From a virus (lineage: Duplodnaviria; Caudoviricetes): 64,000 bases of DNA. The stretch covers positions 72,329 to 136,328 of the IMG/VR virus record IMGVR_UViG_2645727545_000002. One strand, written 5' to 3'. The notes beneath the pieces are model-generated. The model saw only the letters and a list, made by a program, of their open reading frames with translations. It was not told where the DNA came from and made no database searches. Positions 1-11,760 of the stretch are shown here, one piece after another; positions within the stretch are counted from its first letter, which is position 1, and each line of letters opens with the position of its first letter. A program made the translations under genes and the position numbers.

Positions 1-195
1 TTTATCTAATAAACTTCCGCCTTTACCTATCATAAATCCAGGTTTATCTGTACAAACTTTAATTGTATCTCTTAATTCTGGGAATACTCCAAGGAGAATC
101 ATTCCTTTTACTCCTGCTTCTTTCTTCCATTCTTTAAAAATGCTTGAAATTTCTTCTCTCATACTATATAAACCTCTTTTCTTGAAATACGAGTT

Positions 196-378
196 TCAAA
201 GAAAACCCATCAACTGATTTTCTAACATTTCTTCCAATTCATCATCTACACTACAATTATGATCACATTCTGGATTGCAGCAAACACACCGTACTTCTGG
301 ATAATGTTTGCATTGTCCTGTTTTATTAATATTCTTTCTATAACTTTTTCCATCTTTTTCGATTATTTGAAAAGCCAT
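196..378 (-). CDS. Small Cys-rich hypothetical protein
   Basis: 60-aa ORF with RBS-like sequence and a C-x-x-C cluster. Confidence 0.6.
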   Translation of the reverse strand: MAFQIIEKDGKSYRKNINKTGQCKHYPEVRCVCCNPECDHNCSVDDELEEMLENQLMGFL

Positions 379-519
379 ATTAAAAGCCCCCTTAGATAAA
401 TTTCCGATTTTATCTTGAGATACTATCCTTTGTAGCCTTCGTATTTACACAATAATCAACTTCAATTTCTGCCACTTCTCCGTCTTGTAAATTACTAAAT
501 ACAGTTCTCTCATAATTAT

Positions 520-903
520 CTAATGTGATAATTTTGTGATTTTAACAATCCCATCTTCGTTATATACTTTTATTTTCATATCAAACCTCCTAATAAAATC
601 CTGATTTCCTATTATTATTTTATTTTTAATTTCTGTTCCGCATATAGGACAGAATTTTACTTTATCCATATCTGTTCCAAAATCATAACCACAACAAGAA
701 GTTACACCGTCTACTAGATATGAAAACTCATTCATTTCATTTGTTTCGAACCATGAATTTGTACAATTATATGGTGCTTGTCTACGTCCTTCAAAAATAT
801 CATTCTCTACAATCTCTTCCGCTTCTTCTTTACTATTTGCTTCTACTTCATATGATTTGCTATATGTTTCATAATAATCTACAATATATTTTGCCATAAT
901 CAT
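520..903 (-). CDS. DpnD/PcfM-like protein with zinc ribbon (3' end probably fused artefactually to the next small gene starting at ~579)
   Basis: YEVEANSKEEAEEIV motif and CPICG; an internal AGGAGG-ATG at ~579 marks a second gene. Confidence 0.5.
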   Translation of the reverse strand: MIMAKYIVDYYETYSKSYEVEANSKEEAEEIVENDIFEGRRQAPYNCTNSWFETNEMNEFSYLVDGVTSCCGYDFGTDMDKVKFCPICGTEIKNKIIIGNQDFIRRFDMKIKVYNEDGIVKITKLSH

Positions 904-909
904 TTCCTC

Positions 910-1720
910 CTATAATCCCATCAAATCTTTTCCGACACTAACACCATAAGTTTCTTCAAACCACTCCCAAATTTCCTCTCGGTGTGTTCCTGCGGCAAAT
1001 CCGTTCCACTCTTCCTCAATACATTCTGTTTCAGGATTCATTGGAACGTCTCCGAATTCTAACCACAAATTCTCGATATATTCTGCACGCCTGTATTCAA
1101 AGCTATCGTTCAGACCACGATTAACGATACATGCTAAATCAGCATCTGTGATTAAGAATTTCCGTTCTGTGCAATAGTCCATTATCGCATTGTATTCCTT
1201 ATCACAAAATTCTGTATCATCTTCAATCTGATCAATTTTCAGTTCTTTTAGATATTCTCTTAATGACATACTATTTTCCCTCTTTCCAATGTTCCATATC
1301 TTCATTTTTCAATGCGATCATTTCCAACATTTGCAGCGTACTGAAACATTCATTTTGTTTTAAAATTTCCAGTTCTTCTGTGATACACTTTACTTCTTCA
1401 TCTTTGTATTCTAAAGAGTCCGCATAATCCATATCTAAAGACAGATTATATAATATTTTCGCAATTTTCTGTGTGTCCATGTTGTTTCCCTCTCTAAAAT
1501 CTGTATTTCAATTAGAATCGCTTATTGCACACGAATCAGCTATGAAAAGTTTTCCATTATATATACTTGCATTTGTATCACTGTCTTGATACATTCTTTC
1601 ATTTTGAAAATCGTAATTACTATATCCCTCACAACAAACAAAAACTTGCGTATCGTCTGACATATCTTTAATAAATTCTCTTAATTCCCCTACTGTCACT
1701 ATTTTCTTATTTTCGTTCAT
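910..1720 (-). CDS. Three small hypothetical phage proteins (910-~1269, 1271-1480, 1508-1720)
   Basis: Tightly packed co-oriented ORFs with RBS-like sequences. Confidence 0.65.
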
Positions 1721-2191
1721 AATCTTTCCATCCTATCATGTAAATTTTATAAAAATTCATTCCCGGTAATCACAAGCAGCACATTATATAACACTCTGAA
1801 GCAATCCTTATTATATTCTTTCTGTGCCATTGCTTGTAAAAGTGTTACAACGCATTTTATTTGATGCTATAATTTGCAGAATTCGGAAAATTAAAAACAT
1901 CCCATTTTTAGCCTTGTTATAACGGTAATAATTTTTTCTATTACTGTTATAACAAGGATTCCGGGGGTTCGGGGGATGGAAGATCCCCGTATTATTTCTG
2001 CACTATTTATTTTTCTGAAAATGGCATATTATAATGTGCTGATCAACATAAAAGATCTAAACCATTTTTCAATTCTTGTTTCAATTCTTCTGATCGTTCC
2101 AGATTAGATAATTCAATCAACTGTTCTACCACATCTTCAATGTCATAATATGAATTTTCTCTGTACTGCTTTAGTTCTTCCATAATCATTT

Positions 2192-2446
2192 TTATACTTT
2201 TTCACCTTTTCTTTCTAATAAGTTAATTCCTTTATCAAGTAGATAAAATGTATCTGCTTGAATTGATTTACATCCTTTATCTACATATCCTAATTCACAT
2301 AGTTTTATTAATTTTCTATATGTAGTTGGTCTTGATGTTTTTGTAATTTTCATAATTTCCTGAATTGTCATACCCTCAATAAAATTAGTACACTCATTCT
2401 TTTTCAGTAACTTCATAATAACAACGTCTAATCTGCTAATTTCCAT
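2192..2446 (-). CDS. Winged-helix (MarR-like) DNA-binding protein
   Basis: MTIQEI...SRPTTYRKLIKLCELGYV pattern. Confidence 0.7.
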   Translation of the reverse strand: MEISRLDVVIMKLLKKNECTNFIEGMTIQEIMKITKTSRPTTYRKLIKLCELGYVDKGCKSIQADTFYLLDKGINLLERKGEKV

Positions 2447-2496
2447 TATTTCTCTACCCTTTTCACTTTATCGTTTGAAAGCGTTCTTTTATTGTG

Positions 2497-2754
2497 TTAC
2501 TGGATATAGGCAATCAGATTATTTTCTGTTTCGTCTGCAATCTGATAATCTAACCACCATTCGTGTATGGTTTCTTCTAACTGTTCTTTAGATATTGTAC
2601 GCTTTAGATCATCCACTTTAGGCTTTAATTTTTCCGTTTCATATTCAACTACGAGACGTTCCTGTTCTAACGTCATGTCATCGTATGTAATAGTTTTTAA
2701 TAACGATTCAATTAGTTTTGTTTTAATTTCTTCCATAGTAATGTCTCCTTTCAA
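2497..2754 (-). CDS. Hypothetical protein
   Basis: ORF in the leftward array. Confidence 0.55.
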   Translation of the reverse strand: MKGDITMEEIKTKLIESLLKTITYDDMTLEQERLVVEYETEKLKPKVDDLKRTISKEQLEETIHEWWLDYQIADETENNLIAYIQ

Positions 2755-2769
2755 AAGATATAGCAGCCG

Positions 2770-3938
2770 TTAAGCTGCTCTATCAAGTTGTGTTTTAAAA
2801 TTTTCAATATAATTTTCTCCAGCAATATTGATCGGAAGAATCAAGAAATTGTACCCGTTTCCATCAATGTACATTGGAGCATTTCCTTGGCTTCCTCTGA
2901 ATACCGGATTCTCTGAATCAATAACTGATAATGCATCCATAAGATAATGTGAATTGAATCCAATAAATAAGTCCTCGTCCATTACAAGATTTTTCGTTTC
3001 AATCTCGTCAAAAGTTTGATATCTGGAAGTCTGCAAATATGTGTAAAGTTTTCCGTTCTCACTATGAAAGATAGTAGGTTTCTTTTCTTCTTTTACCATA
3101 TCTGCGTTATACTTCATAATTTTTAACATTTCTTCCCTATCAGCATTGAATACAAAATCTCTGCTATCGCACAACATCTGTTCAATATTGAAATATTGTC
3201 CATCAATTCTTCTGATAACGTATGTAAAATCTTTTCCGGAAATTCTGATATATTTCTGATCCTGATATACTTTGACTCCCGCATCTGATTTTTTATCCAT
3301 GATTTTCTTGAATACTGGCAAGCATTTCACATGGAGTTTTACAGTGTCAAATGGATTTTCCGTCACTGTTATAATCTCCTGGCTATCAAGTGATCTCATC
3401 CCAATTCTGCGATTGTCCATAGCCTCTACACGCTTCCGCTTTGTGTTGAAGTTGAATACATTCAGCATTTTATTAACGTCATCTCCTGTAACAAATAAAG
3501 AAAGATTGGCGATTGTTTCCAATAACCAACTCTCCGTTGTTGTAATAATGTGCGCTTCTGTATCATCCATTGCTGGAAGAAAAATATCTGTATTCGCATA
3601 CCGTGGAATAGTAACAATCTTTTTTCCGCACTTTATGTTTATTCTCTGCTGCATTTCCGCGCTAACATCTTCCAGCGTAACATCTCCGCTCATTTTGGAA
3701 ATGATCTTGATATCGTCAATGTCAATCCCCAAACGCCTGGACTTGTGTTCCATGTGTTGTCTGTCTTGACTTCTGCAAAATGTTCCATATCAGTTCCCCA
3801 CATTTTCACCGTTCCATCTTCTTCGACCTGAATATATAACTTTTTCAAGCTGTCAAGTGTTGCTTTCTTGTTAATAGCTGCCATTCCTTTTCTCATAATT
3901 TCTTTTAAATCTTTTGCATTCATTGTAAATTTTAACAT
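2770..3938 (-). CDS. dnaN: DNA polymerase III beta-clamp-like protein (split near 3755, likely read error)
   Basis: N-terminal MLKFTMNAKDL...GTDME and C-terminal IGFNSHYLMDAL...LILPI typical of sliding clamps. Confidence 0.75.
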
Positions 3939-3977
3939 TATTACCTCTCCTGCTCCTTATATAAAACATCACTTTCC

Positions 3978-5172
3978 TTATTGCACGAATTCGATTTCCC
4001 ACACATTAGATTGTTTGCAAACACCATCTTCAAATTTCCAATCAGAGGACTTTCCGTATTCTATCCAACTTCCTTTTCCATTGTTAGCTAATGTAATTTT
4101 GCTACCTGGTTTTCCATCTTCAATACTGTAAAATCCGTTTGTCTGTACTACATTCGGCTTTCTAATCTGCCCCTCACATTCTGATCTGATATAGTGTTTT
4201 CTAATAATAAATTTACGTCCCTCTTTGATTACTCTTTTTAACTGTGCTAAATTTTTAATTTCCATGTTTATTTCCTCCCAATAACTAATCCCTGTTACAA
4301 TAATCTAAAAAAGCGCCTATTGTTTCTTCTGCTTCGCACCTAGTCAAATATCTTCGCTTTTTACTTTTCTTTCTATGTAATGGTAATCCACACATCTTGC
4401 GTTCATTATTTCTTAATAACATTTTGTCCGTTTTTTGTTTCTTCCTGGTATTTATGTTCATACTCATTTCACCTCTTAAAATCGTGCTTTCATCTTATTT
4501 ACATTTTCATACACTCAATACAATTTTCAGCAATGTTACTCTCTGTTTTCCACTCGTCAATTCCAATACAACGATTTTCACATGTTTCTTTCTCGTTACA
4601 ACAAATACAACATTTTTTACATTTATCATTTTCTGGAACTGATATATCAATTAAGCATCTAAGCATTTTTACTACCTCTCTATTTAAAATTATCTTTTCA
4701 TAGGTATCAATTCATCTTTATCAGCCACAAATTGATTAGCATTTTTTCTGTCGTTACAGTTTGGAAAATCATCAACAGACACTTTTACTCTATCCATTGT
4801 TTCTAGCCCAATAACAGTAACAATTTTCCCGCAATGAGGATGTTCTACTTCAACCTGCTTCGTTGCTCTATTCATAGGATGCCATATAAATTTCATTCCT
4901 TCTTTGTATTCCAAACCATCTTTCATGTACTCTTTGCCTTGCCACTTATCAAAAGGAGTCCAATCATTTACTACAAAACCACATCCATAAAAAGAACCTT
5001 CTGATACAAGATAATAATTTCCAGCTTTGCATACTCCAAAATCTTTCTTACAATAAATAACTTCACTTCCATCAATGAAAAAATATTTTTTTAAATCCTG
5101 ATATCCATAATCTTTTCTTTTATTACTAAATCTATAGGAATTACATTTCCAATTTTTAAATCTTTCCATCAT
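3978..5172 (-). CDS. Four small hypothetical proteins (3978-4265, 4285-4467, ~4495-4665, 4690-5172)
   Basis: Co-oriented ORFs, most bounded by the junction repeat. Confidence 0.6.
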
Positions 5173-5256
5173 TATTTCCTCCTAATAAAATCATTATTTG
5201 TTTCCATAACATACGGAACAGCAAAAAGCTGTTCCTGACTGTTCCAAAGTTCTACG

Positions 5257-5898
5257 TTATTCAACAGATACACAGATTGAAGAATCTAAAGAACAAAACG
5301 GACGAACCCCACAAACGTTCCAATCGCAACCGTAGTAGCGCACGAAACCATCACAGTAAACAACCTGAACATAGGAAGATGAACACCCGTCTGGTGTATC
5401 TAACCAAAACGGTTTTTCATTTTCTGTCCTAAACATACCATTCTTTCTGGCTTTTCTGTAATCATCAAAAGTTCCTAAATGTACTTTACAATTACATGTT
5501 CCGTAAGTGTCCAACCCATCCATAGAAAGTAAATCAACTGTATCTAATAATACATTTTCTTTTCCAAATCCTTTGTAGATATCAGACAGAATTTTCCCAT
5601 TTTCATCATTCAGTACATTCTTGATTTCAGAAGTTCTAAAGTCATTTGACCCATTGTCAAATTTATAAGTTCCGTCAATAAGCTCTTTTTTCCAAACTTT
5701 GGTTCTATTGTTCTCAATATCCTGTTCCACCACATACCATTCATTTCCAATGTCGTCTACAATCACGTTTCCAACCTTGCATTCATAAAGTGGTTTGCTC
5801 TGTCTTATTCCTAAAGATTTCCTTAATTCTTCCGTTAATTCGATCACCAGGTTATTTCCTTCTACTTTTACATTTGTCTTATTTACTTCGATATTCAT
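5257..5898 (-). CDS. DUF6273-like / C-type-lectin-fold protein
   Basis: FWLDTP...GVRP C-terminus and SEIKNVLN motif. Confidence 0.6.
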   Translation of the reverse strand: MNIEVNKTNVKVEGNNLVIELTEELRKSLGIRQSKPLYECKVGNVIVDDIGNEWYVVEQDIENNRTKVWKKELIDGTYKFDNGSNDFRTSEIKNVLNDENGKILSDIYKGFGKENVLLDTVDLLSMDGLDTYGTCNCKVHLGTFDDYRKARKNGMFRTENEKPFWLDTPDGCSSSYVQVVYCDGFVRYYGCDWNVCGVRPFCSLDSSICVSVE

Positions 5899-5930
5899 AA
5901 TATTTTCCTCTACTTTCTTTCTAATAATTC

Positions 5931-6179
5931 TTACTTACAAAATGGTTTCCAGTACACGATCAGCGCCACACCTAATACAGTAATATATACTTTTGCATCC
6001 GTTTCTGTCATAAACAACGCGATAAGAAGCAAAATCAATCCAGAAAACTTTTGAAAGTTCAGTCTGCGCTTCCACCGTTTAAACTTCTGGCTCGTAGCAG
6101 CTATAACATATCCTTCTAACCATTCTTTATTATGTTTCTTCCATTCTTTTTCCGTCATAACTGTTTCAATCACATTCAT
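5931..6179 (-). CDS. Small membrane protein
   Basis: Two hydrophobic C-terminal segments. Confidence 0.6.
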   Translation of the reverse strand: MNVIETVMTEKEWKKHNKEWLEGYVIAATSQKFKRWKRRLNFQKFSGLILLLIALFMTETDAKVYITVLGVALIVYWKPFCK

Positions 6180-6421
6180 TTCTTATTTCCTCCATTCCTC
6201 ATATACTTGTTCACTACGTTGTTATACTCCCATTTTTCCACCACTGATACACTGCCTTTTGTTCTTACTGTACAATATTTCTTTCCGTCAATTGTAAATT
6301 CGCTCAAAATCTCCATTGTATTATTCTCCTTTTGTTGTTGTGTTTATTTGTTGTATTTTTTATTTCCCTGAAATCATTCTGCAAGCTGTGACACTCACAG
6401 AACGTAATATGTAAGTTTTTC

Positions 6422-7366
6422 TTATGCAGTCTTTGCTACTGCTTTTCTTGATGTTCTTTTTCGTGTTGTCTTAGACTCAATTGCCAGAATATCAATATTT
6501 CTTTCGATCACACCGGAAAGGAAATCAAATAATGAATCTTGCCACTTCTCTGATAAATTATCATTAAAATATTTACTTCCTTTACAGTTATTCAACAGAA
6601 CTCTTTCCATGTCTGTCTCTCTTCCAGAGTAGTAGGCATATAATTTTCTAAATACTCTTAATACTTTCGCGCTGAATGCCTTTCCTTCGCGATAAGTTTT
6701 ACCTCCGTTCCATTGTAGTTTTACGATAAGTTGTAAAATTCTGTCTAATAAATCCGGACAAACTCTCGACATCTTTGCACCGTCAGAGACAGAAGTTAAA
6801 ATACCAATAGGATTTTTTACTGGGTTCCTGTCTCCCTTAACAGCAATGTGGTTTCTGTCACAGATAGATTTTAATGTAACATATTCTTCTTTTTTAGCTA
6901 CAAGCGCCGCACTGTAGATATCGACAGGAGTCATGGTTTTTCGATCGTCTTGCTGTGACAAGAATAAGTCAACCGCTTCTGCTTCTGTAATTCCGATCAA
7001 TACTTCAACCTGAATCAATTTCATGTTTCCAAAATAAGCGCCAATGATTCTGTGCATACCGTCAACAACATAAAATTTATCATTCTTGCACATAATCTTA
7101 GGCAAATCCCACTTATAAGAGCTAAATTCAGATCCGATTTTCTTTGCAATAGATACCCTTAATTCTCTTTGCCAGTTTGGTACATGGATAAGCAATGGAT
7201 TAATGCTGATAATTGCCTTTTCTCTTCCATCATGTTTCGATCTTGCTTCTTCCATCTTGTCAGATACGATCATTCTTTCTCCAACTTCAATGATATTGTT
7301 TAGCATTCTTGCTTCATTCATCATTGTTTCCACTTCCATAGGTTCAAGTTTTCCGTTTCTACTCAT
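6422..7366 (-). CDS. ParB/Srx-like (DUF6551-like) protein
   Basis: WQR motif and YVVDGMHR motif; likely start ATG at 7366 after AGGAG. Confidence 0.7.
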   Translation of the reverse strand: MSRNGKLEPMEVETMMNEARMLNNIIEVGERMIVSDKMEEARSKHDGREKAIISINPLLIHVPNWQRELRVSIAKKIGSEFSSYKWDLPKIMCKNDKFYVVDGMHRIIGAYFGNMKLIQVEVLIGITEAEAVDLFLSQQDDRKTMTPVDIYSAALVAKKEEYVTLKSICDRNHIAVKGDRNPVKNPIGILTSVSDGAKMSRVCPDLLDRILQLIVKLQWNGGKTYREGKAFSAKVLRVFRKLYAYYSGRETDMERVLLNNCKGSKYFNDNLSEKWQDSLFDFLSGVIERNIDILAIESKTTRKRTSRKAVAKTA

Positions 7367-7434
7367 TTTTCTAATCTCCTTTAATATGTAAAGTTTTCTA
7401 TAATAAAAAGCACCTGTATAATTACAAGTGCTTT

Positions 7435-10400
7435 CTATACGTATACATCTATGTTGCATTGTCGTTCTTCATTTTCGATATGAACATCTATCCATGTTCT
7501 ACCGCGTCTGTATGAACTGCTTCCCAAAATATCCAGTGTTACGAGAGGATTCTCCCGAATCTGCTCACACTCTTCATTCGTTAGTATATTCTTATCCAAG
7601 GCTTCCAATTCATCAAACGTATAATCTGCTAAAGATTTTCCTACTGTTATCATAATCATGGCTCCTTTCCTTCTGCTTCGTTTCGCTTCTTTCAACCGAG
7701 ATCAGCTCAATCTTGTGTTTCCTCTGTGTAATATTGATCAACTGTATCTGATGCTTGTTATAAAAATTTTCCATCATGTCTCTTCCTATTCCATTCTTTC
7801 CGCTTTCGTATTTGTTGTATATGGCTCTTTGCTGATTATCCAATCACCTACAGATAGATATACTTTTTCATCATCGTTCCAGGTTTCCCAACCTTTTATA
7901 TCATTTACATTGATATATCCGCTATCCGGTGTAACGTCTGTTTCGATATAATAGCCAGTTCCGTCCGTAAAATTTAACTCCAATCCCTCTGTTCCTATAG
8001 TAACGCTTTCGATTTCTTCTGTATCGATATATGTCTCCGGCATTTCTGTGACTGTTTCTTGAGCTTGTTCCGATGTGTTTTCAATCGAGTTTCTTCCTAT
8101 TATAAATGTGGTAAAAGAAATAATTGCAACAGCACCGATATATAATATTTTCCGCTTCATCATTCAAACCTCTTTCTATAAATCCTTTACGTTTCCGACT
8201 ACTTCCCAATCTGTTATTGAGTCCGTTGTATTTAGCTTTTCCAGTGGTAGACGCTCAATATTTCCATTTCCGGCATTATATGTATATCTGTATTTCCGTG
8301 TATCAATGATTGATTCACTGACAACACGTCTTAAAAATCTATTTGTCATAGTTTATTTCTCCTTACTATGCGTAAATTTTCCCATTTGTGCCTGTTTTAT
8401 AATTCTTAAAGATAACAACTGGATTTTTAAAACAGTTCTCTAAATCATCAATATACCTACTGTCAAAGCAGCCATATTTTGATTTTTGTAATTTTTACAT
8501 TTTTTATTATCTTCAAGAGTTTCTTTTATTTCCTCTTCTTTTAAATCCTGCCAACCTTCAAAAATCATCATAGAACAGTTATAGAAGAGTTTTCTATATT
8601 GTGTTCTTTTTCGGTATGGTGTAAAAATCATTTCCATAACATCACTATACTGTGCATATGTTTTTGCTTTCATGGAATGGAAAGTAATTTTTTGAGCTAC
8701 TGGGAAGCCGAATTCGTTCAGATATACAAGTGTATATCTTTTTCCTTCCTGTAATTTGTTATAAAGTGCTTTCTGTAATGGTTCCGCGTATTTCATAAAC
8801 AGATCATCAAATACTTTGATAGCTTCGATTTCCGTTGATACTGTTTTACTTTCTAATTCTTCGTCATCTTCATACATTGCCATGATTTCAAATTCTCCGA
8901 AAATCTCACAGGCATCAATGATTGTTTTCTTTCCCATTGTATACCCTCCTTTTAACTCTTCGTGTTTGATTGTTCTTTTTAACATTCTATTTTCCTCCTA
9001 TTTTACTTGTGTATGCTTTTCCGCTTATAAAAAAGACAAATGTTCAAATTAGAATTAAAACTATCTTCTAAATGATCCATATTGCCCACTTTTATAAGCG
9101 GAAAATTTCCGCCTATATTCTATATTAGGTCTATTAATCTTACTCCATGATATTCTGATAATTTTATGATTTTTTTAAATCCATTTTCAATCATCCAATT
9201 TTTCAAAAACTTTTTTCGTTGTTTTAAATTTTGTAGATCCGAAAAATGGAAACGGATTATAACCGCTTATCTCTATCCATTCCTCTGTATTTGTGCTTTT
9301 TATCCACACATTAGTTATTTTACCGTCCTTAATCCATTTTGTCTGTTTGATTGTCATTATCTTTTCCTCCTAATATGTAATAATTCTATTTAAAAGTAGA
9401 AAAACTTATACTTCTACTGTAAAAATCCTTCCTTTATCCCAATTTGCTTTTTGTAAAGCCTGATCAGATACAGATATTCTTACTTCTAATTCGCCATTAT
9501 TATTGATATAATAGCTAGTATTATCATATTTTTGATTGAACAATTTTGAAAAATATTTCTTCATGTCCTCTACTTTTTCAATTCTTTTTTCCGTCAATTC
9601 CTTGTTATAGTTAAATTCATCACCGTAATTATATCCTGCAAATGTATCTCGTTTCCCATCTGAAAAAACTCTGAACCCTGCCAAATCATCAAGTATAACT
9701 ATTTCATCGAAATCAGCGTTGCAATATTTATTAACAAAATTTAAAATATTTTCTTTAGTGTATTTAACTTTTTCGATGTTGGAATTTCTTTCGCATTCTA
9801 ATCTTGATTTATTGCAATCATCAATTTTCGGATCATCTGTAATATAATGACAATAATCGCAAGTCAAGTAACCTTTTTCCGAAATTGTTTTCGGTTGTTT
9901 TAATTTCCTTCCGTTCTTACCATATTCAACAACTGTATGTTTGTAACCGCTTATAAATTCAATATAAATCTTTTTTCCTTCTTTATTAGTAAATGCTGTT
10001 CTGATTCTACAATTTTCCACGTCATTACATGGTACCCAACCTGCACCTTCAAAATACAATACTTTCTTGCTCATAATTTCCACCTTTTTAACCTTTCTTT
10101 TATATATCTGCTTTGTTATTCTCTGTACATCGCTGAATTATCTCAAATTTTTTATATTTCCAAATCATCCATTGACTCACTATAAAGCGATTTGTATTTT
10201 ACCTGCATGTTTCCGTATTCATCATATATGCTGTTACGCTCTGAATGAGTGTGTATAATGCTTGTAAACTGCATAATGTTGTATAAATGTTTTCCCTCCT
10301 TTGAAAATACTTTATGAGGAATATATAAGGCTCTTCCAATACAATTTTTAAATAAATCATATTCAGCGCCGTAGAATGATTCTTTACTAAAAGAACATAC

Positions 10401-11002
10401 ATTTTTTAGCGCATCATTCTTGATTATATCTTTTTCCCATTCCTCAAGATTTATATTATCCAGTTCTGAGAAGTCAAACAGTGTTTTAGTAGTTGCAAGA
10501 TTATTTTCCGCTATTAATAAATTATTTTCCTCCGCTGTCTTCTTTACTGTTTTAAAAAGTTTATATTGCTTTGTCATAAATTTTTCCTCCTTACCATTTA
10601 TAAATATTTCCTTCAAAGTCATATAAAATTACTGTTTCTCCATCATCAGCAAGTTCCCATTGTGAAATATTTTCCAATGCATACTCCATTCGCTCAATGT
10701 GTGATTCTGGCTTTGCATGATCTGATGTGTTTTTTCCAACAAAAAAGCAACCGATTGCAACGGCTGCTAAAGTGACTATATATGCAATTTTCTTTTTCAT
10801 ATGTTTTTCCTCCATTTTATTATCTATGTAATATTAATCCACTTTTTATCATGTCAAAAAACCATTCCTGAAAGTCATGGTATTCTGTTTTATCTACAAT
10901 ATCACGATAAACCTCTTTGAGCTGATCCTCTGTGAATGATCTGTCCATTACTTCCGGAAGTGATTCCCGGTTATCTTCAGAAAAATAATATTTGTTTACC
11001 AT
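7435..11002 (-). CDS. Cluster of hypothetical early proteins (7435-7659, ~7665-8163, 8440-8937, 9406-10083, 10152-10578, 10591-10815, 10820-11002)
   Basis: Co-oriented ORFs with RBSs; the 8163 and 10815 genes start with signal or TM segments. Confidence 0.55.
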
Positions 11003-11039
11003 CGTCTTAATCTCCTTTGCTTATTTGATTATTCGCTGT

Positions 11040-11760
11040 TTTTATTCTCATCTATGCAAGCCATGTGTGAAAATGTTATGCCTTGCATAGTCAAAATAAA
11101 AATGAGAGTTGCGCTTTCATCGGGTTAGTTGGCGCTCCCACTGCTCCGGCTCTCTCGTTCCGGCTTATTTGTTTTCAGTACTCTTTATAATACTTTAGGA
11201 AGTTACCGGCTTTTTAACACTCCTTAAAGTGAACCGGTTTCGCTCATTATGTTCGCTCCCTGCCTGCATTTTCTACCCCGTTCTACGTAGGCTGACGGCT
11301 TTTAACTTTTTCGGCTGTTCTCATACCGTGTATAATCTGTTTTAAAAAGGAGATATACAAGCTCCTTAATGTCAGCACAACTATGAGGCATTGCTGATCT
11401 TGAGCCTTTCGGAAGTGTTAGCCGTTCCGATGCTTTTGCAATTCCTAGTTATTTTTATGTGTACTCCTTGCAACCGTCACATATCTTTCGCATTGTTTTA
11501 CTTCCTGGAAAATCTTAATATGGAAGTATTTCACTTGTAAGGACTTACTCGTGTCGTGCCTATACAAGATTTTGCTTTTTGTAATATTATTTTTTAAATA
11601 GTTGACTTATGCAAAATCATGTTCGCTTGTCAATCTTATATGCGTTTGAGTGTCTACATTTTTCAGAACCGCCTAACCTGTGGACACTACAATAATTGTA
11701 GCGGTTATATTTTTCATATAACAGATTCAAGGTACGTTTCATTTCGCTTCACTCTTTCCC
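11040..11760 (-). ncRNA. Candidate large structured RNA / 5' leader of the leftward operon
   Basis: No ORF of 60 aa or more over ~1 kb, raised GC, many helices (see findings). Confidence 0.55.

Larger units (their letters stand above)
183..5201. repeat. Dispersed degenerate inverted repeat T(A/G)AAA-N6-TTT(C/T)A at gene junctions (9 copies)
   Basis: Copies at 183-198, 397-412, 594-609, 1495-1510, 2476-2491, 3962-3977, 4477-4492, 4685-4700 and 5186-5201, each at or near a stop codon and just before the next RBS. Confidence 0.75.
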
